From Propionibacteriales bacterium (GTDB taxonomy: Bacteria > Actinomycetota > Actinomycetes > Propionibacteriales > Nocardioidaceae), in NCBI GenBank assembly GCA_013821195.1, contig JACDHG010000001.1, positions 1 through 51,653 on the forward strand: DNA of 51,653 nucleotides, written 5' to 3'. Positions 27,553-37,919 of this stretch are shown one piece after another (the first letter of the stretch is position 1; every line of letters begins with the position of its first letter). The position numbers were made by a program, and so were the translations under genes. The notes beneath the pieces were generated by a model. That model did no database searches, had not been told where the DNA came from, and was given only the letters and a program-made list of their open reading frames with translations.

Positions 27553-28976
27553 GGGTGGAGGTCCCGCAGCACATCGAAGCCGCGGAGGACCTCGGCCGCG
27601 TGCACTTCGTCGGAGTCGGTGGCGCGGCACTCTCCGGTCTAGCGCGCATCATGGTGGCTCGCGGCGTCACGGTCTCGGGCAGCGACCGAGCCGACTCCTC
27701 GATGCTCAGATCCCTCGAGGAGCTGGGAGTCAGGTGCTGGGTCGGTCACGAGGCACAGCAGGTGGAGGGTGCGGACACGGTCGTCGTCTCCACCGCCATA
27801 CCCGAGGACAACCCAGAGGTAGTGCGTGCTCGTGACCTCCGGCTACGGCTCTGGCCACGATCTGCGGCTGTCCAGTCAGTCCTGGTCGGGCGGCGCAGTG
27901 TCGTCGTGACCGGCACCCACGGCAAGACGACGACCACATCCATGCTCGCCACCGCCTTGCTGGCAACGGGCGCAGACCCGTCGTACGCGATCGGATCAAC
28001 CCTCAACGCGTCGGGTCTCAATGCCGCGGACGGTAGCGGCGACATCTTCGTGGTCGAGGGAGATGAGAGTGACGGCGCGATCCTGACCTATACGCCCGTC
28101 GCAGCTGTCGTCACCAACGTCGACGTCGACCATCTGGACCACTTCGGGTCGCCAGCGGCGTACGTCGCCGTCTTCGCGGAGTTCCTCACACGTATCCAGC
28201 CAGCCGGCTTCCTCGTCAGCTGCGTTGACGACCCGGGAGCTGCCAGGCTCGCCGACCTGGCCCGCCGACGAGATCTCACGGTCGTGCAGGCGGGGTTCGG
28301 CGACCACTGCGACGTGCGTGCGGTGGACGTGCGTCTTTCCGGCGGCGGATCGTCGTTCGGCGTCTGGAGAGCAGGTGCGCCTCTCGGAGTCGTCGAGATC
28401 CAGGTCCCCGGCCGCCACTACGTCATCGACGCGGTCGCGGCGATGGCCGCAGGACTGCAGCTGGGCTTCGACTTCGGCCCACTGGCCGCTGGTCTCGAGG
28501 GCTTCGTGGGCACCGGTCGTCGGATGGAGCTGAAGGGCACCCGAGACGATGTCCGCGTGTATGACAGCTACGCACATCACCCCGTTGAGATCGCCGCCGA
28601 CCTAGCGGCGGCCCGCGCGATCGCCGGAGTCGGACGCATCGTCGTATGCTTCCAGCCGCATCTCTTCAGCCGCACCAAGCAGTTCGCGGAGCAGATGGGT
28701 GAGGCGCTGGGGGCTGCCGACGAGGTCGTCGTGATGGACGTCTACGCCTCCCGAGAGGACAGGGACCCGTCGGTGAGCGGAGCCACCGTGGCCGACCGGG
28801 TGCCGCTGCCCGCTGCAGCTGTGGAGTTCGTGCCCGAGTGGTCGGCCGCCGCGCCTGCGGTTGCTCGTCGGGCGTCACCCGGCGATGTCGTGCTCACCCT
28901 CGGTGCCGGTGACGTGACGCGGGTCGGCCCGTTGGTCATGGATCTCCTCGGTGCCCGGTGGGAGGGGACGGTATGA
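27549..28976 (+). CDS. murC: UDP-N-acetylmuramate--L-alanine ligase
   Basis: ATGA overlap with murG. VHFVGVGGAALSGLA and GTHGKTTTTSM motifs. Confidence 0.92.
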   Translation: MRVEVPQHIEAAEDLGRVHFVGVGGAALSGLARIMVARGVTVSGSDRADSSMLRSLEELGVRCWVGHEAQQVEGADTVVVSTAIPEDNPEVVRARDLRLRLWPRSAAVQSVLVGRRSVVVTGTHGKTTTTSMLATALLATGADPSYAIGSTLNASGLNAADGSGDIFVVEGDESDGAILTYTPVAAVVTNVDVDHLDHFGSPAAYVAVFAEFLTRIQPAGFLVSCVDDPGAARLADLARRRDLTVVQAGFGDHCDVRAVDVRLSGGGSSFGVWRAGAPLGVVEIQVPGRHYVIDAVAAMAAGLQLGFDFGPLAAGLEGFVGTGRRMELKGTRDDVRVYDSYAHHPVEIAADLAAARAIAGVGRIVVCFQPHLFSRTKQFAEQMGEALGAADEVVVMDVYASREDRDPSVSGATVADRVPLPAAAVEFVPEWSAAAPAVARRASPGDVVLTLGAGDVTRVGPLVMDLLGARWEGTV

Positions 28977-29710
28977 GGCACAGACTGGCCACGTCGGCGC
29001 GGTTCCTGCGCCGGCAGTGGCAGCGGCGACTCGCTGCCTGGCGACCCACGTTGATCGCGACAGCCGTCCTCGGGGCGTTCGTGTTCGCGGGTTGGGTCGT
29101 GTTCCTCTCGAGCTGGCTCGCCGCCGACCAGGTGCAGGTGGCGGGGACGCGCACAGTCTCCGCAGAGCGGGTCATCGCCGCCGCAGACATCCGCCCGGGC
29201 ACACCGCTCGTGCGCGTCGACCTCGATGCCGTCAACCGCAAGGTGGGCGCGATCCCCGCCGTCGCCAGCGTCGCGACGCACCGTTCGTGGCCGCACACCC
29301 TGACGATCACCGTCATCGAACGCAGCCCGGTGGCGACGGTGCACCGGCAGGGTGGATGGTGGGTGCTCGACGTCGAGGGGACTCTCTACCGCAAGGACCG
29401 GGTGCGTGACCCGGCACTTGCCGTTGTCGAGTACCGCGGAGACGACGACAGGGTCGCGCTGCGTGAGATCGCCGCCGTCGCCACCACCCTTCCCGGTGAG
29501 ATACGCGCGCAGACGCAGCGCATCACAGCCTCCTCGATGGACTCCATCGCGCTGCAGCTGCGCGATGGCAGGCAGGTCGTTTGGGGCAGCTCGGCGGAGT
29601 CTGAACGTAAGGTCCAGGTTCTGTTGCTGCTGCTGGAACGACCCTCCGCGGTGTATGACGTCAGTGTCCCGGGGCAGCCGACGACGTCGGGTCGGCCACC
29701 TCGTGGCTGA
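28973..29710 (+). CDS. ftsQ: Cell division protein FtsQ
   Basis: ATG 28973 overlaps the murC stop (ATGA) and follows gggaggggacgg. Basic N-terminus, one TM, and a POTRA-like VQVAGTRTVSAERV. Confidence 0.85.
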   Translation: MRHRLATSARFLRRQWQRRLAAWRPTLIATAVLGAFVFAGWVVFLSSWLAADQVQVAGTRTVSAERVIAAADIRPGTPLVRVDLDAVNRKVGAIPAVASVATHRSWPHTLTITVIERSPVATVHRQGGWWVLDVEGTLYRKDRVRDPALAVVEYRGDDDRVALREIAAVATTLPGEIRAQTQRITASSMDSIALQLRDGRQVVWGSSAESERKVQVLLLLLERPSAVYDVSVPGQPTTSGRPPRG

Positions 29711-29892
29711 AGACAATAGCGCGTGTCGGTTGCCGACTGTGGGCGCGGTGACCTAGGTTGAGCACACCATGAGATGACGAGTAGGGTAACCCTCAACTCA
29801 AGGTTCAGTCCTTACGTCTCGCGGCTTCTCCGCAGCCGCCAGTAGTCGGCAGCGTAGGTCCGGCACCAGTTCATCCCAGCGAGAGGCATGTC

Positions 29893-31086
29893 GTGGCAGC
29901 ACCGCAGAACTATCTGGCGGTCATCAAGGTTGTAGGTATCGGCGGCGGTGGGGTCAATGCCGTCAACCGGATGATCGAGGTCGGACTCCGAGGTGTGGAG
30001 TTCATCGCCATCAATACCGACGCTCAGGCGCTGCTCATGAGCGACGCCGACGTCAAGCTCGACATCGGTCGAGAGCTGACGCGGGGGCTCGGTGCGGGTG
30101 CCGACCCCGGGGTTGGGGGACAGGCAGCCGACGACCACAGCGAGGAGATCGAAGAGGTGCTCAAGGGTGCCGACATGGTCTTTGTCACCGCCGGTGAGGG
30201 CGGTGGGACCGGCACGGGAGGAGCGCCTGTCGTGGCACGGATCGCCCGCTCGATCGGTGCCCTGACCATCGGTGTCGTGACCCGACCGTTCGCTTTCGAG
30301 GGCCGGCGTCGCGCGAACCAGGCAGAGGAAGGCATCGCCGGTCTGCGAGAGGAAGTCGACACCCTCATCGTCATCCCCAACGACAGGCTGCTCTCGATCT
30401 CCGACCGCAGCGTCAGCGTCCTCGATGCTTTCAAGCAGGCGGACCAGGTGCTGCTCCAGGGCGTATCGGGGATCACCGACCTGATCACCACCCCCGGACT
30501 CATCAACCTCGACTTCGCTGACGTCAAGGCAGTGATGGCCAACGCGGGTTCGGCGCTGATGGGGATCGGGCGCGCCAATGGTGACGACCGCGCTGTGGTC
30601 GCGGCCGAGATGGCGGTGTCCAGCCCGTTGCTCGAGGCGTCGATCGATGGCGCCCATGGCGTCCTGCTGTCGATCTCGGGCGGCTCCGACCTCGGTCTCT
30701 TCGAGATCAACGAGGCCGCGGCGCTGGTGTCTCAGGCGGCTCACGCCGAGGCGAACATCATCTTCGGTGCGGTCATCGACGACGCACTCGGAGACGAGGT
30801 CCGCGTCACGGTGATCGCAGCCGGGTTCGACGGGGGCATGCCCAAGCGGCGGGACCAGAGTCAACCAGCGCTTCGCCGAGACACTGCACCACCGCAGCCT
30901 GCTGCCCCCCCTCCTCCTCGGACTCAGCCCCCGGCAGCCGGCAACCCCGGCACGGCCCCGACGACTCCGGCCGCGAGCAGTGGCAAGATCGAGCCCGGCA
31001 AGCAGACTGCGGCACCGGCGAAGCAGCCGCGTGCGATCCCGTTCGACGACAACGAAGACCTCGACGTCCCCGACTTCCTCAAGTAG
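29893..31086 (+). CDS. ftsZ: Cell division GTPase FtsZ
   Basis: [19 protein letters not shown] and the tubulin signature [14 protein letters not shown]-terminal [13 protein letters not shown] peptide. Confidence 0.97.
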   Translation: MAAPQNYLAVIKVVGIGGGGVNAVNRMIEVGLRGVEFIAINTDAQALLMSDADVKLDIGRELTRGLGAGADPGVGGQAADDHSEEIEEVLKGADMVFVTAGEGGGTGTGGAPVVARIARSIGALTIGVVTRPFAFEGRRRANQAEEGIAGLREEVDTLIVIPNDRLLSISDRSVSVLDAFKQADQVLLQGVSGITDLITTPGLINLDFADVKAVMANAGSALMGIGRANGDDRAVVAAEMAVSSPLLEASIDGAHGVLLSISGGSDLGLFEINEAAALVSQAAHAEANIIFGAVIDDALGDEVRVTVIAAGFDGGMPKRRDQSQPALRRDTAPPQPAAPPPPRTQPPAAGNPGTAPTTPAASSGKIEPGKQTAAPAKQPRAIPFDDNEDLDVPDFLK

Positions 31087-31089
31087 CCG

Positions 31090-31839
31090 GTGTTCTCGAG
31101 CCGCGACCGCGTGAGGTCGACCTCTCGTCGCTCGTCGGGTGTCGTCGATGTCGCCTTCACCGACCGTCAGGGCGGTGTGAGCGCGTTCCCCTTCGACAGT
31201 CTCGACCTCAGCAGGTCTCGGCAGGACCGGGACGAAGAGCTGACGGCCAACCTCGAGCTGGTGGCAAGCGGCTTCGATGTCGCCGGGTTTGCCAGCATGC
31301 GGCAGGCGCACGGCGCAGACGTTCGCGTGGTGGATCGCGCCGGCCCCGTGCCCGGCACCTGTGACGGCCTCGTCACCGCAGCTCCAGACGTCGCCCTCAT
31401 GGTCCGGGTCGGCGACTGCGCGCCTGTGGTGCTCGCAGACGTCGCCACCGGGATCGTCGCGGTGGCCCACGCAGGACGCCAGGGGCTGGCGGCGGGAGTG
31501 GTGCCCGCGACCGTCGAGACGATGCGCGCCCTCGGCGCTTCGTCGATCGACGCGTGGGTGGGACCGCACGTGTGCGGCGGATGTTACGAGGTGCCGGCTT
31601 CTCTTCGCGACGACGTCGCCGCCTCCGTGCCGGCGTCGTACGCCTGCACCACCTGGGGGGCTCCGTCACTCGACATCGCCGCCGGTGTCGAGGCGCAGCT
31701 GGAGGGCGCAGGCTGCACCGTGCACGACCGCAGCCGTTGCACGCTGGAGTCGCCAGACCTGTACTCGTACCGCCGAGACGGGGATCGGTCAGGGCGGTCG
31801 GCTGGTCTCGTCGTGTGGCGTCCGGGCAACGATGAGTGA
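31090..31839 (+). CDS. pgeF: Polyphenol-oxidase/purine-nucleoside-phosphorylase family protein PgeF (YfiH)
   Basis: VGDCAPV, HAGRQG and CGGCYEV motifs. Conserved position after ftsZ. Confidence 0.85.
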   Translation: MFSSRDRVRSTSRRSSGVVDVAFTDRQGGVSAFPFDSLDLSRSRQDRDEELTANLELVASGFDVAGFASMRQAHGADVRVVDRAGPVPGTCDGLVTAAPDVALMVRVGDCAPVVLADVATGIVAVAHAGRQGLAAGVVPATVETMRALGASSIDAWVGPHVCGGCYEVPASLRDDVAASVPASYACTTWGAPSLDIAAGVEAQLEGAGCTVHDRSRCTLESPDLYSYRRDGDRSGRSAGLVVWRPGNDE

Positions 31840-32542
31840 CCAGCGACGCGACACGATCGCCGCCAATCTCGTTGCAGTGCGAGCGCGCGTCGAGGCCGCC
31901 GCCGCGTCAAGCGACGGTCGCCCCGGCTCCGGCGTGACGCTCGTCGTGGTCACGAAGACCTGGCCAGCGAGCGACCTGCGCATCCTGTCCGACCTCGGGG
32001 TGCGTGACTTCGGCGAGAACCGTCACCAAGAGGCGGCTGAGAAGGCGGCCAATCTCGCAGACCTCGACGTCAGGTGGCACTTCATCGGACAGGTCCAGTC
32101 GAACAAGGCGAGCCGCATCGCTGGGTATGCCGCCGCCGTCCACTCCGTCGACTCCGTTCGGGTCGCGCGGCGCCTCGATGCAGGCGCACAGCAAGGGAGC
32201 CGGATGGTCGACTGCTTCATCCAGGTCAGCCTCGACCCCGCTGGGGCCAGCTCCGGTCGAGGCGGTGCGGCGGTGGAAACGGTTCCGGAGATCGCGGATG
32301 TGATCGCGGGGTGCAGACTGCTCCGGCTGGCAGGCGTCATGGGTGTGGCACCGCTCGGCGAGGAGGCCAGCGCGGCGTACGACCGTCTCGTCGCGGTGAG
32401 CCGTCAGCTCGAGCTCGAACATCCCTTGGCGAGGGGGATCTCTGCCGGGATGAGCGGCGACTTCGAGGCAGCCGTCAGGGCGGGCGCGACACACGTGCGT
32501 GTCGGGAGCGCGGTACTCGGCCGACGGCCGTCGCTCGGGTAA
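31832..32542 (+). CDS. yggS: YggS-family pyridoxal-phosphate homeostasis protein
   Basis: ATG 31832 overlaps the pgeF stop by 8 nt. VVVTKTWP (PLP lysine), HFIGQVQSNK and GMSGDFE motifs. The first 185 codons of track ORF 31277..32542 are out-of-frame read-through of pgeF. Confidence 0.88.
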   Translation: MSDQRRDTIAANLVAVRARVEAAAASSDGRPGSGVTLVVVTKTWPASDLRILSDLGVRDFGENRHQEAAEKAANLADLDVRWHFIGQVQSNKASRIAGYAAAVHSVDSVRVARRLDAGAQQGSRMVDCFIQVSLDPAGASSGRGGAAVETVPEIADVIAGCRLLRLAGVMGVAPLGEEASAAYDRLVAVSRQLELEHPLARGISAGMSGDFEAAVRAGATHVRVGSAVLGRRPSLG

Positions 32543-32626
32543 TGTCAGCCGCGAACGGCCGCATCACGGTCGGCTAGGTACGTCAAACAGCGCGGCAGCA
32601 TCGGATAAGGCGGAGGCGACGAGGTC

Positions 32627-33109
32627 ATGGCGACTGGAATGCGCAAGGTCGGGGTGTACCTGGGCCTGCTCGAGGACACTGACCGCTACGAGGATGACCA
32701 CTACTCAGACGAGGAGACAACGCACCAGTCCTCGTCGTCGTCTCGACCGGGGGCCGCAACGACAGCTGACCGGCCAACGTCCGTGGCGTCCCTGTCAGAG
32801 CGTCGCCGTCCGACCCAGTCGGTGGCCGAGCTCTCGCGGATCACCACGCTGCACCCGCGGAACTACAACGAGGCTCGCACGATCGGCGAGCACTTCCGTG
32901 ATGGTATTCCGGTGATCATGAACCTCTCGGAGATGGACGACAGCGACGCGAAACGTCTCGTCGACTTCTCGGCAGGGCTGGTCTTCGCCACGCGCGGTTC
33001 CATCGAGCGGGTCACGAGCAAGGTCTTCTTGCTGTCGCCGCCGAACGTCTCCGTGACAGCCGAGGACAAGCGGCGAATCGCTGAGGGTGGTTTCTTCAAC
33101 CAGAGCTGA
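32627..33109 (+). CDS. sepF: Cell division protein SepF
   Basis: [18 protein letters not shown]-terminal amphipathic helix and a C-terminal SepF core ([24 protein letters not shown]). Confidence 0.9.
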   Translation: MATGMRKVGVYLGLLEDTDRYEDDHYSDEETTHQSSSSSRPGAATTADRPTSVASLSERRRPTQSVAELSRITTLHPRNYNEARTIGEHFRDGIPVIMNLSEMDDSDAKRLVDFSAGLVFATRGSIERVTSKVFLLSPPNVSVTAEDKRRIAEGGFFNQS

Positions 33110-33166
33110 GGCATGTCGTCGCCGGCGTACCGCCATCCGTTTGTCAGCCACCACTAGGCTTCGTTC

Positions 33167-33463
33167 GTGCGCGTCGTCGGCTTCGTCATCGAGCTCGTCC
33201 TGTGGGTCTACATCCTCCTGATCTTGGCGCGCATCGTGGTCGACTGGGTGCAGATGTTCGCTCGGTCCTGGTCCCCGCGGGGCTTCTCAGCTGTTGCGCT
33301 GGAGGTCATCTACACCGCGACCGACCCGCCCATCCGGCTGTTGCGGCGGTTCGTGCCGCCGCTGCGACTCGGTGGCGCGTCCCTCGACCTGTCTCTCCTG
33401 TTCGTGCTCTTGATTTGCTACGTTCTCCAGTATCTGAACCGTCGGATCCTGTTGTTCGGCTGA
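33167..33463 (+). CDS. yggT: YggT-family membrane protein
   Basis: 98 aa with two TM helices and ILLILARIVVDWV. Conserved sepF-yggT-divIVA order. Confidence 0.85.
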   Translation: MRVVGFVIELVLWVYILLILARIVVDWVQMFARSWSPRGFSAVALEVIYTATDPPIRLLRRFVPPLRLGGASLDLSLLFVLLICYVLQYLNRRILLFG

Positions 33464-33562
33464 CGTCGTCTCGACGTCGCCTGCCCAGCGACCGGTCAGA
33501 CGGAGTAGCGTTGGCAGCCACATCTCCGTCCACTCGTCTGACCTACCAAGAAGGTGAAAACC

Positions 33563-34303
33563 ATGCCGTTGAGGCCCGAAGACGTCCACACGAAGACGTT
33601 TACACCCGTGCGACTTCGGGAGGGTTACGACATGGGGGAGGTGGACCAGTTCCTCGACGAGGTCGAGGTCGAGCTCACCCGTCTGCACCATGAGAACGAC
33701 GATCTGGGCGCCAAGCTTGCCACCGCGTCGAGGTCGGGGCCGCCGCCGCAGACCGCACCGTCACCCTTGGCCTTGTCAACGCCCGAATCCGGCAAGGGAC
33801 CTGAGGCATTGGCGTCGGAAGCTACCCCGTTGCCTCCCGTGAAGACGGTGCGCGAGGCCTCGAGCGCGGCAGCCCGGCTGCTCGAGATCGCGGCTCAGAA
33901 CGCCGACCAGCTTGTCGGCGAGGCACAGGGCGACGCTGACCGGATCCTTGGCGAGTCGCGGATCAAGGCCGAGCGCCTGGAGGTCGACGCCAAGGCGAAG
34001 TCACAGCGGCTCGAGGCGGACGCCAAGACGCGCGCCGAGAAGCTCGACGCCGAGACGGGTGAGCGTCGTCAGGAGATGTTGGGTGAGCTCGAGCGTGGCC
34101 GGGACGGTCTTGCCCGCGAGCTCGATGAGCTTCGCTCCTTCGAGCGCGAGTACCGCAGCAGACTGCGCGGCTATTTCGAGAGCCAGCTCAAGGCACTCGA
34201 CGGTGAAGGTGATGGCGACGCACCGCTGACGCCGTCGGTAGACGGTGAGACGCCCCGCCGCCTGCGTGACCTGCTCGGGGAGGACCAGCCGCAGGAGCGC
34301 TGA
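33563..34303 (+). CDS. divIVA: DivIVA/Wag31 polar growth determinant
   Basis: MPLRPEDVHTKTFTPVRLREGYDMGEVDQFLDEV, followed by a coiled coil. Confidence 0.92.
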   Translation: MPLRPEDVHTKTFTPVRLREGYDMGEVDQFLDEVEVELTRLHHENDDLGAKLATASRSGPPPQTAPSPLALSTPESGKGPEALASEATPLPPVKTVREASSAAARLLEIAAQNADQLVGEAQGDADRILGESRIKAERLEVDAKAKSQRLEADAKTRAEKLDAETGERRQEMLGELERGRDGLARELDELRSFEREYRSRLRGYFESQLKALDGEGDGDAPLTPSVDGETPRRLRDLLGEDQPQER

Positions 34304-34405
34304 GCCACGTCCAGCCTGCGCCACGCAGCACTTCGTCTCCACCGCCGACAACTCACGCTCTTCCGGTCTGGATGAACCCTAGGCGCACGCGGCGCGCCGG
34401 CACCA

Positions 34406-37400
34406 CTAGGCCTTGTGTAGCTGGAACCACAGGTCCAGATCCTCGTCACGGTGCCACGTCACATCGGGGTCCGCGCACTCCTCGATCCGCGTGGCCAGCA
34501 CCTCCTGTGCCACCTCGTCGCGGTGAGCGCGAACTGCATCCGAGACCTCGGGTCCGCCCTGCCACCGCAGCCGGATCCGGTCGGACACCTCGAGGCCGTG
34601 TGACTTGCGCGCCTCCTGCACCAGCCTGATGACGTCGCGCGCGAGCCCCGCACGCTTGAGCTCCGGCGTCAGGTGGACGTCGAGCGCGATCGTCTCTCCG
34701 TGCTCGTTGACCACCGACCATCCCTCTCGGGGGCGTTCGGAGATGATGACATCGTCGGACGTGACCTCGACCCCTCCGTCGAAGTCCACCGTGGCGGTGC
34801 CCCTCGCCGTGAGGGCCTCGGCAAGAGCGGACGGGTCTGCAGCGGCGATCGCCGCCGCGACCTGAGGTGTCTGCTTGCCGAAGCGTCGCCCCAGACTTCG
34901 GAAGTTGGCCTTCGCCGTGTGATCGACGAGGGCTCCGGCCGCGCCGAGCGACTCTACCGTCTCGAGATTGAGCTCGGCCGCGATCTGCGCCTTCATCTCC
35001 TCGGACAGCAGGGCGAACGCCGAGGACGGGATGAGGGCCCGACGCAGCGGTTGACGAGTCTTGACCTTCGCCTCCGCACGGGCGGATCTGCCCAGCTCGA
35101 CGAGTCTGCGCGTCAGCGCCATCCCTCGCTCGAGCTCGGTGTCGACCAGAGTGGCGTCATACGTCGGCCATGAGGACAGGTGGACGGATGCGGGAGCGGA
35201 CCCGTCGACGGATCGCACGATGTCCTGCCAGACACGCTCCGTCACAAATGGGGTGAACGGTGCCAGCAACCGGGTGAGCATGTCCAGCGTCTCGTGCAGG
35301 GTTGCCAGGGCCGCGTCCTCACCGTCCCAGAACCTTCGCCGGGAGCGGCGTACGTACCAGTTGGACATGTCGTCGATGAACTCCGCGAGGAGAGTGCCGG
35401 CACGCTGGGTGTCGAAGGCTTCGAGCGCCGCCGTCACGTCTCGGCTGAGGGCGTTGCGTCGGGACGTCAGCCAACGGTCCAAGACGGGCCGGTCAGCGAC
35501 CGGCGGCGCTTCGCTCGTCGGCGTCCACCCGTTCGCCCGTGCATACAGAGCATGGAACGACGCCGTGTTCCAGTACGTCAACAGCACCTTGCGGACGATC
35601 TCCTGCAGCGTGCCGTGGCCGATGCGCCGGGCCGCCCACGGCGATCCGGAGGCGGCCATGAACCAGCGCACGGCGTCGGCACCGTGCTCGTCCATCAGCG
35701 GCATGGGCTCGAGGATGTTGCCGAGGTGCTTGGACATCTTCCGCCCGTCCTCGGCCAGCAACAACCCCAGGCAGACGACGTTCTCGTACGACGACCGGCC
35801 GAAGACAAGCGTCCCGACCGCCATCAGCGAGTAGAACCAGCCGCGGGTCTGGTCGATGGCCTCGCTGATGAACTGGGCGGGGTATGCCTGCTCGAACTCC
35901 CGCTCCGACCCGGCCAGGTACGGATAACCCCACTGCGCGAACGGCATCGACCCGGAGTCGTACCAGGCGTCGATCACCTCGGCCACCCGTTGCGCTGCCT
36001 GACCGCAGGTCTGACACACAAGTTCGACGTCGTCCACGTACGGGCGGTGAGGGTCGATTCCGCTCAGGTCCTGGCCGGCGAGCTGGCCGAGCTCGGCGAG
36101 CGACCCCACGCAGGTCACGTGGCCCGCGGCGCACCGCCAGATCGGCAGCGGCGTGCCCCAGTATCTGGTCCGTGACAGCGACCAGTCGACGTTGTGCTGC
36201 AGCCAGTCGCCGAAGCGGCCGTGCTTGATCGTCTCGGGATACCAGTTGGTCTTGTCGTTCTCGGCGAGGAGGGCCTCCTTGATCGCTGTGGTGCGGATGT
36301 ACCAGGCGAGGAGGGCGTAGTACATCAAGGGCGTGTGGCACCGCCAGCAGTGCGGGTAGGAGTGCTCGTAGGCGACATGGCGGAACATCAACCCGCGCCG
36401 TTCGAGCTCTTTGACCAGATCGGTGTCAGCGTGCTTGAAGAACTGTCCTCCGACAAGGCGGACGTTGTCCTCGAAGTGGCCGTCACGGCGCACCGGGTTG
36501 ACGACAGGGAGGCCGTACGCCTTGCTCACCGCCATGTCATCCTCGCCGAAGGCTGGGGACTGGTGGACGAGCCCCGACCCGTCGTCGGTGGTGACATAGT
36601 CGGCGAGCACCACGAAGTGCGCGTCCGAGCCGTCCTGACCCTCATCATCAGGCCCCGGGAAGTCGACCAGGTCAAGTGGGCGCTCGTAGTACCAGCGCTC
36701 CATCTCGCGTCCGACCATCCTCGACTCGACCGTCCACCCCGCACCGAGCACGGTCTCGAGGAGCGGCTCAGCGACCACGAGCCGCTCGTTGCCGTCGGTC
36801 GCCACCACGTAGGTAACGTCAGGATGTGCGGCGACTGCCGTGTTGGAGACGAGCGTCCACGGGGTCGTGGTCCACACCAGGAGGGATGCCCGGCCGGCGA
36901 GTGGGCCCGACGACAGCCGGAAGCGGACGAAGACCGACGGGTCGACGACGGTCTCGTAACCTCCCGGTTGGCCGAGCTCGTGGTCTGACAGAGCTGTCTC
37001 GCAGCGTGGACAGTACGGCGAGATGCGATGAGCCTCGTAGAGGAGGCCCTTGTCGAAGATCTGCTTGAGGGACCACCACACGCTCTCGATGTAGGTGGCG
37101 TCCATCGTCCGGTAGGCCCTGGCTGTGTCGACCCAGTAGCCCATCCGCTCCGTCATCTGCTCCCAGTCGTCGGTCGCCCGCTGGACTGACTCGCGGCACT
37201 TGGCGTTGAACTCGGCGATCCCGAAGGCTTCGATCTGCTGCTTGCCGGACACCCCCAACTCCTTCTCCACACCCACCTCGACGTGCAACCCTTGACAGTC
37301 CCAACCCGCCTTCCGGTCGACCCGGAACCCTTGCATGGTCTTGAAGCGTGGGAAGACATCCTTGAAGACCCGTGCCTCGATGCTGTGTGTGCCCGGCTTG

Positions 37401-37564
37401 CCGTTGGCCGTCGGCGGTCCCTCGTAGAAGGTCCAGTGGGGCGCGTCGGTCCGCTGTGCAAGCGAGGCGGCGAAGGCTCCCTGCCTGCGCCAGAGGTCGA
37501 GAATCTCGTGCTCCATCCTTGGCAGGTCTACCTGCGGGGGGACGACGGGATACTCGGAGGTCAT
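34406..37564 (-). CDS. ileS: Isoleucine--tRNA ligase (type 2)
   Basis: HIGH-type motif PPTANGKPGTHS and KMSKS-type KMSKHLGN. I chose ATG 37564 (MTSEYPVVPP) because the track extension to 37657 would read through the T-box core. Confidence 0.93.
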   Translation of the reverse strand: MTSEYPVVPPQVDLPRMEHEILDLWRRQGAFAASLAQRTDAPHWTFYEGPPTANGKPGTHSIEARVFKDVFPRFKTMQGFRVDRKAGWDCQGLHVEVGVEKELGVSGKQQIEAFGIAEFNAKCRESVQRATDDWEQMTERMGYWVDTARAYRTMDATYIESVWWSLKQIFDKGLLYEAHRISPYCPRCETALSDHELGQPGGYETVVDPSVFVRFRLSSGPLAGRASLLVWTTTPWTLVSNTAVAAHPDVTYVVATDGNERLVVAEPLLETVLGAGWTVESRMVGREMERWYYERPLDLVDFPGPDDEGQDGSDAHFVVLADYVTTDDGSGLVHQSPAFGEDDMAVSKAYGLPVVNPVRRDGHFEDNVRLVGGQFFKHADTDLVKELERRGLMFRHVAYEHSYPHCWRCHTPLMYYALLAWYIRTTAIKEALLAENDKTNWYPETIKHGRFGDWLQHNVDWSLSRTRYWGTPLPIWRCAAGHVTCVGSLAELGQLAGQDLSGIDPHRPYVDDVELVCQTCGQAAQRVAEVIDAWYDSGSMPFAQWGYPYLAGSEREFEQAYPAQFISEAIDQTRGWFYSLMAVGTLVFGRSSYENVVCLGLLLAEDGRKMSKHLGNILEPMPLMDEHGADAVRWFMAASGSPWAARRIGHGTLQEIVRKVLLTYWNTASFHALYARANGWTPTSEAPPVADRPVLDRWLTSRRNALSRDVTAALEAFDTQRAGTLLAEFIDDMSNWYVRRSRRRFWDGEDAALATLHETLDMLTRLLAPFTPFVTERVWQDIVRSVDGSAPASVHLSSWPTYDATLVDTELERGMALTRRLVELGRSARAEAKVKTRQPLRRALIPSSAFALLSEEMKAQIAAELNLETVESLGAAGALVDHTAKANFRSLGRRFGKQTPQVAAAIAAADPSALAEALTARGTATVDFDGGVEVTSDDVIISERPREGWSVVNEHGETIALDVHLTPELKRAGLARDVIRLVQEARKSHGLEVSDRIRLRWQGGPEVSDAVRAHRDEVAQEVLATRIEECADPDVTWHRDEDLDLWFQLHKA

Positions 37565-37770
37565 CGTGCTCTCTTCCTTCGTCACGCGCTGTGCGCTGAT
37601 GTGGCGAAGGGACGAACCCGCTGGTTGCGGCTCCGCGGTACCACCCTCCTTGGTCACTGAACTACGTGACCCTCTCGTGGTGTGTCGCCGCCAGTTCTAG
37701 TGAGTCACCAAGGTGACCGTTCTTCCGGCAACTCCGGGGTGATGGTCCCATCTCAGTCGCGCGACGGCTT
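37565..37770 (-). promoter_or_regulatory. ileS T-box riboswitch leader (translational, actinobacterial type)
   Basis: The minus strand contains AAGGAGGGUGGUACCGCGG (T-box core; plus-strand coordinates 37634..37646). The candidate specifier is AUC followed by A, within GGGACCAUCACCCC (AUC = 37743..37741). A downstream helix CCUUCGCCAC...GUGACGAAGG can pair with part of the SD GAAGGAAGAGAG. Confidence 0.8.
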
Positions 37771-37843
37771 CATCCTAGGTGACGGTCGCCAGCCCACACA
37801 CCTGGTTTCGGCGGGCTTGCATCGTCACGGCTGGCGCGGCCAG

Positions 37844-37872
37844 TTGAAGCGGAGGCGATAAGCGCTTATCCT
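37844..37872 (+). promoter_or_regulatory. Candidate promoter of the DksA-like gene overlapped by a perfect 14-bp palindrome
   Basis: TTGAAG (37844..37849), 17 nt, TATCCT (37867..37872). The palindrome GATAAGCGCTTATC occupies 37857..37870. Confidence 0.45.
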
Positions 37873-37919
37873 CTCGGCACCGAATCCGGGGGACGCCACT
37901 GCCAAGGAGAGGCCACTCA

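Noticed and set aside
29812-31569. 585-aa reverse ORF opposite ftsZ and pgeF.
   Set aside because: It is antisense to the unmistakable FtsZ gene, has low-complexity R/G/D-rich sequence, and is a frame artefact of GC-rich DNA.
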